The position numbers and the translations under genes were made by a program. From the human T2T-CHM13v2.0 reference genome, Homo sapiens, in assembly GCF_009914755.1 (NCBI RefSeq), contig NC_060930.1: DNA of 64,000 nucleotides, one strand, 5' to 3'. Below, one piece after another: positions 1 to 15,083 of the stretch; the stretch's first letter is position 1; each line of letters begins with the position of its first letter. The notes below the pieces were generated by a model, which worked only from the letters and a program-made list of their open reading frames with translations, did not search any database and was not told where the DNA came from.

Positions 1-154
1 TTAACTAGAGACTGGGTTTCTCCATGTTGGTTAGGCTGGTCTCAAACTCCTGACCTCAAGTGATCAACCCACCTCAGCCTCCCAGAGTGCTGGGATTACA
101 AGCATAAGCCACCACGCCCAGCCTCTTTTTTTTAGTTTATAGCATGTGGGGTGA

Positions 155-342
155 GAGAGCACAGATCCTGGAGGTACTGCAATACCAGGTCTATGTGTGG
201 AGTGGATGGAGCATGCTCCTATTCCATCTCCCTGCTCCAAAAATCCATTTAATATATTGTCCTCAGACAAAGGACGTATCAGATATTAAACTGATAAGAA
301 GAGACACTGTACTTGATCTTAGGCAAAAAGCCAAGAAGCAAT
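155..342 (-). pseudogene. Full-length U2 snRNA pseudogene (retrocopy)
   Basis: Reverse complement reads ATTGCTTCTTGGCTTTTTGCCTAAGATCAAGT...ATCAGTTTAATATCTGATACGTCC...GGATTTTTGGAGCAGGGAGATGGAATAGGAGC...CTGGTATTGCAGTACCTCCAGG, colinear with U2 over ~188 nt. The branch-recognition GTAGTA is mutated to ACAGTG. A short A-tract follows, then an Alu. Confidence 0.95.
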
Positions 343-695
343 TTTAAAAAGGTGTTAATGATCATCTCTTTTTATTATTACATTTCTTGATGTAGGACTC
401 ATTTCACACATGTGCTGAGCACTCAGTGAGCTACTTCAACCTGCAGACTCACGTTTTTCAGTTCTGATGTATTTGCATAAATTATTTTTTTGTTAATTTC
501 CTCTCTTCATTTACTCTGTTTTCTCTGTCTGGAATTCCTATTTGAAATATTGGGCCTCCTGGACAGATCTTCTTTCTCTTTTCCTTCTTTTCAAATTTTC
601 CATCCTTAAATTTTACTTTCTGGGAGATTGTCTTAAATGTGCTTATATTTTTCAATTTCAAATTTTTATTTCTGTCACAATAAATATTTTAAATT

Positions 696-859
696 TTCCT
701 TCCTTCCTTCCTTCCTCTTTCCTTCTTTCCTTCCCTCTCTCCCTTCTTCCCTCCCTCCCTCCTTCTTTCTCTTTCTTTCCTTTTCTTTCTTTCTTTCTTT
801 CTTTCTTCTGTCTTTCTCTCTCTCTCTCTCTCTTTCTTCCTTTTTTTTTTTTTTTTTTT
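696..859. repeat. CT-rich low-complexity tract (TTCC/TTTC/TC) grading into an Alu poly-T tail
   Basis: Directly visible polypyrimidine run preceding a minus-strand Alu (~860-1138). Confidence 0.9.
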
Positions 860-1153
860 GACAGGGTCTTGCTCTGTCATGCAGGCTAGACTGCAGTGAT
901 ATGATCATGGCTCACTCTAGCCTTGACCTCTTCGGCTCAAGTGATCCTCCCACCTGAGCCTCCTGAGAAGTTGGGACTGCAGGTGCATGCCATCACACCT
1001 AGCTAATTTTTTATTTTTTGTAGAGACAGGGGTCTCCCTATGTTGCCCAGGCTGGTCTTGAACTCCTGGGCTCAAGTGATCCTTCTACCGCAGCCTCCCA
1101 ACATGCTGGGATCACAGGCGTGAGCCACCATGCCCAGCTAGAGGAGTTTTCTT

Positions 1154-1496
1154 TCTTTGTTTTTTTTTTTTATTATACTTTAAATTCTAGGGTACACGTG
1201 CACAATGTGCAGGCTTGTTACATATGTATACATGTGCCATGTTGGTGTGCTGCACCCATTAACTCGTCATTTACGTCAGGTATTTCTCCTAATGCTATCC
1301 CTCCCCACTCCCCGCATCCCACGACAAGCCCCAGTGTGTGATGTTCCCTACCCTGTGTCCAAGTGTTCTCATTGTTCAGTTCCCACCTATGAGTGAGAAC
1401 ATGCGGTGTTTGGTTTTCTGTCCTTGCGACAGTTTGCTCAGAATGATGGTTTCCAGCTTCATCTATGTCCCTACAAAGGACATGAACTCATCCTTT
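1154..1496 (-). mobile_element. L1PA 3' end, part 1 (5'-truncated L1 split by LTR12)
   Basis: Poly-T then TATTATACTTTAAATTCTAGGGTACACGTGCACAATGTGCAGG..., typical antisense L1PA 3' UTR. 9-bp TSD AGTTTTCTT at 1145-1153 and 3187-3195. Confidence 0.9.
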
Positions 1497-2958
1497 TGAG
1501 AGGTGACAGCGTGCTGGCAGTCCTCAGAGCCCTCGCTTGCTCTCCGCACCTCCTCTGCCTGGGCTCCCACTTTGGCGGCACTTGAGGAGCCCTTCAGCCC
1601 ACCACTGCACTGTGGGAGCCCCTTTCTAGGCTGGCCAAGGCCAGAGCCCGCTCCCTTAGCTTGCAGGGAGGTGTGGAAGGAGAGGCGTGAGCGGGAACCT
1701 GGACTGCGCGCCACGCTTGCGGGCCAGCTGGAGTTCCAGGGGGGCGTGGGTTTGGTGGGCCCCGCACTTGGAGCAGCCAGCCCTGCCCCTGGCCAGGCGG
1801 GGCGCCCGCTCCAATCCGACAGACTCACAGGAACCCATGGAGGCGGGGGAAGGCTCAGGCATGGCGGGCTGCAGCCCGAGCCTCCCCGACAAATGCCGCC
1901 CCCTGCTCCAGGGCGCCCAGTCCCATCGACCGCCCAAGGGCTGAGGAGTGCGAGTGCATGGCGCAGGACTGGCAGGCAGCTCCACCTACAGCCCCGGTGC
2001 GGGATCCATTGGGTGAAGCCAGCTGGGCTCCTGAGTCTGGTGGGGCCTTGGAGAACCTTTATGTCTAGCTCAGGGATTGTAAACACACCAATCAGCACCC
2101 TGTGTCGAGCTCAGGGTTTGTGAGTGCATCAATCGACACTCTGTATCTAGCTGCTCTGGTGGGGCCTTGGAGAACCTTTATGTCTATCTCAGGGATTGTA
2201 AATACACCAATCGGCACTCTGTATCTAGCTCAAGGTTTGTAAACACACCAATCAACACCCTGTGTTTAGCTCAAGGTTTGTGAGTGTACCAATCGACACT
2301 CTGTATGTAGCTGCTCTGGTGGGGCCTCGGAGAACCTTTGTGTCCATACTCTGTATCTAATCTGATGGGGACAGTGGAGAACCTTTATATCTAGCTCAGG
2401 GATTGTACACCCACCAATCAGTACCCTGTCAAAAGAGACCACTTGGCTCTACCAATCAGCAGGATGTGGGTGGGGCCAGATAAGAGAATAAAAGCAGGCT
2501 GCCGGAGCCAGCAGTGGCAACTCGTTCAGGTCTCCTTCCACACTGTGGAAGCTTTGTTCTTTTGCTCTTTGCAATAAATCTTGCTGCTGCTCACTCTTTG
2601 GGTTCACACTGCCTTTATGAGCTGTAACACTCACCGCAAAGGTCTGCAGCTTCACTCCTGAAGCCAGTGAAACCACGAGCCCACCAGGAGGAACGAACAA
2701 CTCCAGACGCGCCGCCTTAAGAGCTGTAACACTCACTGCGAAGGTCTGTAGCTTCACTCCTGAACCAGCGAGACTACGAACCCACCAGAAGGAAGAAACT
2801 CCGAACACATCCGAACATCAGAAGGAACAAACTCCAGACGCGACCTTTGGAGTTAACAAACTCCAAACTCCACCTTAAGAACTGTAACACTCACCGCGAG
2901 GGTCCACGGCTTCATTCTTGAAGTCAGTGAGACCAAGAACCCACCAATTCTGGCCACA
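1497..2958 (+). mobile_element. LTR12 (LTR12C-like, ERV9) solo LTR
   Basis: Starts TGAGAGGTGACAGCGTGCTGGCAG and ends GAACCCACCAATTCTGGCCACA. 4-bp TSD CTTT (1493-1496, 2959-2962). Tandem CCAATC/CTAGCTC enhancer repeats 2050-2460; CCAAT 2452, GATA 2478, AATAAAA box 2487; U5 GCTGTAACACTCAC repeats. Confidence 0.93.
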
Positions 2959-3186
2959 CTTTTTTATGGCTGCATAGTATTCCATGGTGTATATGTGCCA
3001 CATTTCCTTAATCCAGTCTATCATTGATGGACATTTGGGTTGGTTCCAAGTCTTTGCTATTGTGAATAGTGCTGCAGTAAACATACGTGTGCATGTGTCT
3101 TTATGGCAGCATGATTTATAATCCTTTGGGTATATGCCCAGTAATGGGATGGCTGGGTCAAATGGTATTTCTAGTTCTAGATCCTT
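2959..3186 (-). mobile_element. L1PA 3' end, part 2
   Basis: Continues the L1 exactly where it was interrupted (TTTTTTATGGCTGCATAGTATTCCATGG...) and ends at the TSD. Confidence 0.9.
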
Positions 3187-3630
3187 AGTTTTCTTGAAGT
3201 GACTCTCTTATCTATTACTGCACAACAAACTACCCCAAAACATAATAGCTCAAAATAACCTTGAAGAAGACAAAAGGGATATAGAGAGGAACCACTTTAT
3301 TTGCTCACAATTTTATAATTTGGGCTAGGCTCTGTGGGTCAGATTTTCGGCTGGGTGTGGTGGCCCACACCCCTGATCCTACCAAGTTTTTAAATTTTTT
3401 TTTATTGCATCTTGTTTTTGTTTCATGTATGTACTATATTCCTAACACACTGAGGCTATTAATTAGAGGGGCTTTAAACATTTTTTCTTCTGCTGTATTT
3501 ATGTCCTACAGGTTCCTTTTATTCCTATTTAATTGTATGTGTGGTTTGATTCTCAAAAATTAAGTCACCCTTGCCTGACTGCTTACACTTTAGGATATTG
3601 CAGTAAGAGGCCGATTGTATGCTCTGAGTT

Positions 3631-4109
3631 TGTTGGGACTCAGAAACCAGTATCCCAAAATATAGTGCTTTGATATGCTGAATGGAAGAAGCTTCAAGTT
3701 TTCTCTGACGACACTCTCCACCATCTCTCCCAAAGCACGGGATCAAGCTGAAGTTCCTTCATCTGCCTAAGATCCAGACCCACGAAAAGGAACAATTTTT
3801 TTCTTCCTCTTCCTGTAAGACCACATGTGAAGAGACTCTTTCAGGAGATAATGTAGAAATTAAGCTCTGTTCCCCTATCACTCATTCTCTTTACTAATCC
3901 CCTAAACAGAATGCTGCTGCTTCTTCCTCCCACAGCCTTTTTGTCTGGATGATATATAAGTTTCTAAACTCCCCTGTGGAGTAAGTAATCACTCTGTGAT
4001 TCTCCCCAGGTAAAATTTCTATGCCTTTTCTCCAATTAATGTCTTTTGTGAGCTGATTTTTCAGCAAACCTTCAGAGGGCAAAGAGCAAGTTTTCCCTTG
4101 GCCCCTGCA
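3631..4109 (+). mobile_element. ERV1 solo LTR (MER39/MER34-like)
   Basis: TG...CA ends; the start (CCCAAAATATAGTGCTTTG) and end (TTTTCAGCAAACCTTCAGAGGGCAAAG...TTTTCCCTTGGCCCCTGCA) resemble this family. Family name from recall. Confidence 0.6.
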
Positions 4110-4197
4110 GTTCACTGGCTTGTGGACTTCCCTATGGGATGATCTATCTATCTATCTGGCTGGGCTCTATGGTTTTTGTTTTTGTTTTTGTTTTTGA

Positions 4198-4302
<105 letters not shown>

Positions 4303-6461
4303 TGAGGACTGCAGGCCCATACCTCTATGCCCAGCTAATTTTTTACTCTTTGCAGGGGTAGGGGTCGCCCAGGCTGGTCTCCAACTCCTGGGCTCAAGTG
4401 ATCCTCTGGCTGGACTGTATCTTAAAGAACATTAGAAATTAAAGAATATGAGTGTCAATATTTAAACTAATCACATTATATGCACTTGCATATGTTAAGA
4501 ATAACTGTAATATGCTAATTTACTAGTTAAGCTAAAATATCACCCTCTTCTCTCCCCTGAAACTCAAAAAGCTAATGCCATCATTTTAGATATAGCATTT
4601 ATAGCAATGAGTCATATTTGGCTGTGAATCATAATCAATGTCTCAAATAAAACTTGGCAGAATATCAGCCACACAGGTTCATCCTGAGCTTTCCTGTGAA
4701 GGTGGCTGTGCTTGTTCTTCAGCTCTGAAATCCAAACACACTTCTGGTCTTTCTCTGTGTGTTCAGGAATTTTAAAAATGACATAACTTAGGGAATGTCA
4801 GTTTTGTCTTCTTGTACAAACCTTAGATTTTTAAGGATGAACTAAAAACATGATAAAGATAACTCGCTGGGCGTGAGGGTTCACGCCTGTAATCCCAGGA
4901 CTTTGGAAGGCTGAGACGGGCAGATCACTTGAGGCCAGGAGTTCGAGATTAGCCTGGCCAACAGGGTGAAACCCCGTCTCTACTAAAAATACAAAAATTA
5001 GCTGGGCATGGTGGTGCGTGCCTGTAGTCCCAACTTCTTGGAGGCTGAGGTGAGAGAATCACTGGAACCCGGGAGGCAGAGGTTGCAGTGAACCAAGATC
5101 ATACCACTGGACTCCAGCCTGGATGACAGAGACCCTGTCTCAAAAAAAAAAAGATAACTCAGGCAATGTCAATTTGATTGTTCTGCACAAATCCTAAATT
5201 TTTCTGGATGTTATAAGGACATGAAAATGTTCTTTTCTTAGTATGAATTGCCAGAAAATCATTAATCAAATCTCATTTTTCTTCTTATGTTCCAGTGTTA
5301 CAAACTAAAGAAAAAACTCTATACAGTCTCACTCAGGTTAAAAAATTACAAGCATTTCTCCAAAACAAGTGTTCGTTTTCTAACCTTTTACTATCACATA
5401 GTTGAAAGAGCTCTACAGTCTGAAATTTTATTCTGTCATATCATTTTAAATTCAAATACTGTAAAAATTGGGGCACTGCAGTATTTTGTAAAAATGAAAT
5501 ATGCTATTTCCCTTATGGAATTGTTGCTGACTAGAAGGACAGGAATGAACTGACTGTCCTGAGGCCTGAAAAGTAAATGAGATTTGGCAGGGTATGTTTC
5601 AATCCATTTTCCTTAATTTATTTTAAACTTCTTGAAAATAATTTTACTCTCATTCTGGAGATGTCAAGTGAAATAACCAAGGATAACTAGAATGATAAAT
5701 AAATAGATTTCCATATTTTACACAAGAGTAGGAACACTTTTTGTATAAATAGTTCACTGGCAACTAAAAAGCAACTTAGTTATTTGGGGATTCTTTTGTT
5801 TTTAAGAGAGAAAACATAAAATTTCAATTCATTAGAATTTTTTTTTTCTTTTTTGGGGGAACAGAGTCACTCTGTTGCCCAGGCTGGAGTGAAGTGATAC
5901 AATCATGGCTTACTGCAGCCTCAGCCTCCCAGGCTGAAACAATCTTCTCACCTCAGCCTCCTGAGTAGCTGGGACTATAGTTGTGTGCCATCATGCCCAG
6001 CTAATTTTTTAAATTTTTTGTAGAGACAGGGTGTCACTATGTTGCCAGGCTGGACTCAAACTCCTAGCCTCAAGTGATTCTCCTCCTGCCTCAGCCTCCC
6101 AAAGTGTTGAGATTACAAGTGTGAAACCACTGTACCCAGCTTCATCGGGCTTGAAAGTGAAGAACATGAAAAATAAAACCTGGTTGGGCACGGTGGCTTA
6201 TACCTGTAATCCCAGAACTTTGGGAGGATGTGGTGGGAAGATCACTTGAGCCCAGGAGTTCAAGAGCTGCCTGAGCAACATAGCCAGACCTTGTGTCTAC
6301 AAAAAAATAAAAAATTACCCTGGCTTGGTGGCGTGAGCCTCTAGTCCCAGCTACCCAGAGACTGAGGTGGCAGGATTGCTCGAGCCAGGGAGGTCAAGGC
6401 TGCAGTGAGCCATGATCGCACCACTGCATTCCAGCCTAGATGACACAGTGAGACCTTGTCG

Positions 6462-6672
6462 CAAAAGAAAAAAGGAAGAAAGGAAGAAAGGAAGGAAGGA
6501 GGAAGGGAGGGAGGGAGGGAGAGAGGGAGGGGGAGAGAGAGGGAAGGAAGGAAGGAAGGAGAGAGAGAGAAAGAAAGAAGGAAGGAAGGAGAGAGAGAGA
6601 GGGAAGGAAGGAAGGAAGGAACGAAGGAAGGAAGGAAAAGAGAGAGAGAAACAGAGACAGAAAGAGAGAGAA
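6462..6672. repeat. Purine-rich (GGAA/GGGA/GA)n microsatellite expanded from an Alu tail
   Basis: Directly visible; a similar shorter tract lies at 7502-7573. Confidence 0.9.
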
Positions 6673-6792
6673 AACCTTACTAAACCAGGATAATCAGACG
6701 GGCACGGTGACTCAAGTGCTGTAATCCCAACACTTTGGGAGACTGAGGCGGGTGGATCACTTGAGGTCAGGAGTTTGAGACCAGCTGGGTCA

Positions 6793-7056
<264 letters not shown>

Positions 7057-7077
7057 TCACTTGAGGTCAGGAATTCA

Positions 7078-7451
<374 letters not shown>

Positions 7452-8301
7452 TCATATTTCCTACCCTGTCTGGTCTCCCAGCTTGACCAATGTCACCAGT
7501 TGGGAGGGAGGGAGGGAAGGAAGAAAAGAAGGAAGAAAGGGAGGAAGGGAGGGAGAGAGGAAGGAAGGAAGGAATTCAGTTTTCCAAGAGAAGTCAGAGA
7601 TTCCTAGAGTTGCCCTAGGATTCTTACTTCCTGAAGTTGCCCTGGATTTCTTACTTTCATTCCTAAAAAAACTCCACCTCATAAAACTACTACATTGGCC
7701 TGGCCAATCCTCTCAATGCTTGTCTGTCCATAGTTTCTGAAATGGACCTAAGTGGGTCCTTATAGACAGGTGTCTCACCATCCTGGCCAGAAGCCATCCA
7801 GCACAGGTCTAGTAAAAGAGTTCTGTTGAATGTAGATGATATTGACTAATCATCCAATTATCCTGTCTGGACCAATCCATATTGAACCAATCAGCTTCCC
7901 TCTCTCTGGAATTTGAACTTTAGGTAAACAGCAAGCTAGGTGGTGGTGATAGTAGAAGTAGAAATACAGAAAAAGAACAAACAGAAAGAGTAGTTGAGTC
8001 TTTTAGAGTAAAGCTCAACAAACATCTGCTAAGAAGTAACAAATAACCTAGTAGTTAAGGCTATATTGGATCTTGAATCAATTTTGAGTTTCCAAATGTC
8101 ATTTCAAGTCGGTCAGGTACTACATCATAATTTTTGTTCCTTCCATGAGTTCTGGGTATGAAGGTTTTCCTGGTATCTTATGAGGCCTGGTATGTGGTCA
8201 GTCTTCTTGTCTTCCTTATGTCTATGTGTGCATATCCTTAAAACAACCCATTACTTTAGGTAACCTGAGTTAATTCTTGCAATGAAGAAAAAATAATATA
8301 A

Positions 8302-9300
<999 letters not shown>

Positions 9301-9516
9301 TCAGGTCTCATGAGGAACAATCCAATGTTGATCCCTGATGCCTAGATTTTGCTGCTTTTTCTTCATTTAAAGAAATAAAGATTTCTTACAGAATAGAATA
9401 GCTCACTCCATGTCTTGGGTCAGAGAAAGGCCAAGATAAGTATGGAACATCTTGTTATGGATATAAAGCAAAAATGTTCTTAAAAATATTTGGGAGAAGT
9501 GCTAAAGAGACAATAG

Positions 9517-10133
9517 TGAGGGAGGAGAAAAGGAAAAATTTAGCAGACAGCTAAAGCTAGTCTTTGGTAAAATTCTTTTAAACAGAAAGACAGCCTGAGA
9601 AATCAAGCTAAAGGCACAAATAGAGCAGCCTGGGGAAAAACTCACGTTGCAGCTGCACAGAAAAGAAAGCAAGGCCCAATATAGAAGCTTTTGTTCTTGG
9701 TGTAATCAGTTGGCTCCCAGGAAAAAGTTTCCTCCCCTTTTCAGGCATGTACACGGTGGGCTCCAGGGGAACTTGTACAGAGAGTGGGGGTGCTTACCCA
9801 AAACATATCCACAGTTGCACAAATGAGAAGCTGTGCTTTGTGTTTGCCTAAAGACATGTCTGCAGCTGCACAGATAAGGGGAGTTACACAGACAGCTTCA
9901 CATATAAGGGAAGTTACACAACAGCTACAGAGAAGAGAGGAGTGTCTTACAAAAGCTTTGTATTCAACTGTAAAAACGGCAACCCACTCGGACTCCCTCT
10001 CTGCTGTGGAGAACATTCCTCTTCTGCCTATTAAACTTTTGCTCCCACCTCACTCTTGGTGTCCACGTTCCTTAATTTTCTTGGTTGTGAGACAAGGAGC
10101 TCAGGTAATACTTCAGGCAACAAGACTGCTACA
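9517..10133 (+). mobile_element. ERV1 solo LTR (MER50-like)
   Basis: TGAGGGAGGAG...GCTACA with a perfect 4-bp TSD ATAG (9513-9516, 10134-10137). Internal GCTGCACAGATAAG repeats; ATTAAA near 10030. Confidence 0.8.
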
Positions 10134-10996
10134 ATAGAAATATCTTGGCTTTCATTGGCTACACCCTAAGGTTTGAGCAAAAAAAGGGAAATGATTATAG
10201 ATAATTGAAACTATTTGAATCTATTAAAGTCCATAATGATTCTCCAAAGGGAAAATTTAGTAATAAACAGTTTGACTATAAAAGATAGTGAATGTGATAA
10301 TATAGATGTTAATTTTTTTAAAATTGCAGAAATAAAGTTATGTGTATGGATGATTTTTTTAAAATCTAAAGCATATATTAGTTTATAAAGCACAGACATG
10401 ACTTTCCTTGTGAAAGAAGGGAGAGAAGAATAGCGGGAACTGAGAATCAGTCAAGCAGTCCTGGGAAAAAAATTAACCATACCAAGAACAGAAAGAACTA
10501 CTCCACAGCATCTGTCACACCTACCAGCCAGGCAGAAGGAAGATCCAATAGTCAGTCAGCACCAGAGTCACACAGGATCATGTAGAAACAGAATTCAATA
10601 ATGTGTTTCAAAATGAAGATTTGCCTAATCAAATGCCGTGAAGAAGACAGCTGACTGCACATTCTATCCCTGCCTCATGCATGATGAACCCTTTCAATGA
10701 CTCTATTAATCATAACAAGTTAATGAGGCAAAATCAGTCTACAAAAATGGTTAACAGGCCAGGTCAATACATAATGATAAGAAACTAGGTTCTGCAAGGC
10801 TAGCCAACTGAAACTTGAAAAAATACACCGTGTTTCAGGGAGAGGCATCAATTTACTAGAAATTAAAAGTTCTGCAGGGCCAGGGGCATTGGCTTATGCC
10901 AGCGCTTTGGGAGGCACTGGTGGGAGAACTGCTTGAGGCCAGAAGCTCAAGACCAGCCTGGGCAACAAGCAAGACCCTGTCTCTATAAAAAATTTA

Positions 10997-11152
<156 letters not shown>

Positions 11153-11729
11153 CTAAATAAAGAAATACATTCTGCAAATGGCAAGGATTTTTAAAAGCTT
11201 GATCAATGTATACAATGAGAGCAAGGCTCAGGTAAGGAAGGCATAATGGAGACTGTTACCCAGCTAAGATGCAATTGGTTAAACATCAGCTGGTCTAAAT
11301 GACATGCTTTTTCTATTTTTTTTTTTTTTTTTTTTTTTTGAAACAGGGTCTCACTCTGTCACCCAGGCTAGACTGCAGTGGCGCAATTATGGCTCCCTGC
11401 AGCCTTGACCTCCTGGGCTCAAGCCATCCTTCCACCTCAAGTCTCCTGAGTAGCTGGGATGACAGGTGGGCAACACCACATCCAGCTAATTTTTGTGGGT
11501 TTTGCCATTTTGCCCAGGCTGGTCTCAAATTCTTGAGCTCAAGTGATCCTCCCACCTCGGCCTCCCAAAGTTTTGGGATTACAGGCGTGAGCCACTGCAC
11601 CCGGCCATGACACGCTTTTTCTTTTGGTTTTATATCTAGGCTGAAATAGAATCAAATGTCCATCATTATTATTGTACCCTAAGGTTGCCACTAGTCCTTT
11701 TGACACCTTCATACCAATAAGAAAAAGCC

Positions 11730-12073
11730 ACCTTAGTCCATTCTGGCTGCTAAAACAAAATATCATAAACTGGGTAGATAACAAACAACAGAGATTTATT
11801 TCTCACACTTCCAGAGACCGGGATGTTCAAGATCAGGGTGCCAGCTGGTCAGGTTCTGGTGAGGTCCCTCTTCTGGGTTGCAGACTGCAGACTTCTTGCT
11901 GTGTCCTCAGTGGTATAAGGAGGAGGGGCCTCTGTGGCCTCTAATCATATGCATGAGGGCTCCAACCTGATGACCTAATCACTCCCCAAAGACCCCACGT
12001 CCTAACATTATCACACTGGTTATTAGGTTTCAACATAGGAATCTGGGGAAGACACAAACATTCAAATCATAGC
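11730..12073 (-). mobile_element. MaLR LTR (MLT1A/MST-like)
   Basis: TTAGTCCATTCTGGCTGCTAAAACAAAATATCATAAACTGGG...ATTTATTTCTCACACTTCC...AACATTCAAATCATAGC. Confidence 0.7.
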
Positions 12074-12894
12074 GATGCCCAGATGGCCCCAGCCCTTGGG
12101 AAGATGTCTTCAAGAGCAGAGTCAAAGCTCTGTTTCAGCTCTCCCTTGACTCTTTGGCCAGGTACCCTCATGCAAATTATAACCTGTACAAACCTGTAAC
12201 CCCAGAGAGATATAAGTATAGGGATAATGGAGACATTAATTTCAATCTATGGTAACAATACTTTATAAGCACTCCAAGTGTCATAAATTTGTCATTATTG
12301 TGAAAATTTGTGCATATTTTGCTTTTTAACACAAATTTTAGATTTTTATTTAAACTCTTCAGAGTACATTATAAAATAAGTTTTGTAATCAATGCTGAAA
12401 TGTTAGGAAAATTTTTACTTGCTAAACAAAAACATTTTGATTTCCTGGTTGTTTTATGTTTAGAAGACTATTATTTTATAAATTTGAAAGATTAATAATT
12501 TGAGCATTAAGCAAAACAGAAGGCCGGGTGCAGTGGCTCACGCCTATAATCCCAACACTTTGGGAAGCTGAGGCGGGCGAGTCACCTGAGGTCAGGAGTT
12601 TGAGACCACCCTGGCCAACATGGTGAAACCCCATCTCTACTAAAAATACAAAAATTGGCCAGGCATGGTGGCATGCACCTGTAATCCCAGCTACTCAGGA
12701 GGCTGGGGCAGGAGAATCACTTGAACCTGGGAGGTGGAGGTTGCAGTGAGCCGAGCTGAGATCACACTACTACACTTCAGCCTGGGCAACAGAGTGAGAC
12801 ACCGTCTAAAAAAAAAAAAAAGCAAAATAGAAGTTTGATTAAGTGTTCCTCTTTTCACACAGGTGTCCCTCACACCTTAGACATTACAGATCTA

Positions 12895-13260
<366 letters not shown>

Positions 13261-13677
13261 TCAGGGTAGGAGGAAAGAAAATGACATTTCATACAGAGAG
13301 AGGGAGAGAAAGAGGACAGAGGTAAAATACACGAGAGACAAAGGTAGATAGAAGAGAGAGAAGTGGAATTTGGAGTTCTGCTTAGTGTCAATGCGGGTAA
13401 GCTGCTTATTTCATAAATGGGCATTACCTCTTTTTTCTGCTATTTAATACCTAGTTTACTTTCCAATCTTTTATTTTTCTTCTAACCTCCTCTAAAGATT
13501 AGCTTAACAAAAATAAAATCAAGATGTACACTGGAGCAAAAAGCTTCAAGAACTCTGAGAATTCTCCTAAAATTTCCTTTACCCTTGGAATATCTTGTTA
13601 CCTCCAAGTTTGGCCTTTTGGGCCCAAGCGAAAGGATCTGATTTTTTTTTTTTTTTTTTTTTTTTTCCCTGAGATGA

Positions 13678-13977
<300 letters not shown>

Positions 13978-14736
13978 TAAACCTGTAACGCTTAGGTTTA
14001 AACATTAAAATTAGACTTTACTAAAGACTAAGGGTTTACAAAGACTACCCACACAGAGTAACATTAAATCCAATCATCTGGCTTATAAAACCTCGACCTC
14101 TCTCTTCTAAGTGCCCCATTTCAGCTCCCATTCTGTTTCTTAGTGGTGGGCACCATTTTAGCAATCTCAGCACCCATCACCCAGGTGGTCACAGCTGCAA
14201 GGTTACTTTTCTTACAGTACAGAACCCAGGGCAAACATGAAGCCTACACTTAAGGCCTCAAAATGATAAGTTATACACATAATTACTCCAATAATCACCC
14301 AAGAAATACACATAGACAATAATAGGTATCTTTGACCAAGGGCCCCACAGAGCTGGCTACCAATGACCAGCTCCCTGAAGGGTAAATTATTCTCTAGGAC
14401 AGTATGATATTATCCCCAGATAAAGTCAAGCCTAAAATCATGGGATATAGTGAAAAGAACACTGGACTAGGCATCAGGAGTTCGAGTTATTCCTACCTCA
14501 TTTTGTGAACCCCCCCCCCAAGCAAGTTACTATATATTTAAATTTATTTACACCATACGTTAAATAGGACCTCTCTATATCAACCTTAAAGTGCTAGAGT
14601 AAGAATAAAATGAGATGACAGATGGAAAGTGCTTTGAAAAAGTAGATTCTTTTACAGCTCTGGATGTCCATGATTCCCATCCATCCAATGAACATGAGCA
14701 CTTACTATGCATTACATGTTGCAGAAACAAAAATGA

Positions 14737-15083
<347 letters not shown>

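Noticed and set aside
1463-2123. ORFs of 206-211 aa on both strands
   Set aside because: Lie within the GC-rich U3 of LTR12; stop-poor repeat sequence with no protein-like features.
6462-6672. GGAA microsatellite as an ETS-fusion enhancer
   Set aside because: Consecutive GGAA runs are short and interrupted; this is an ordinary Alu-tail expansion.
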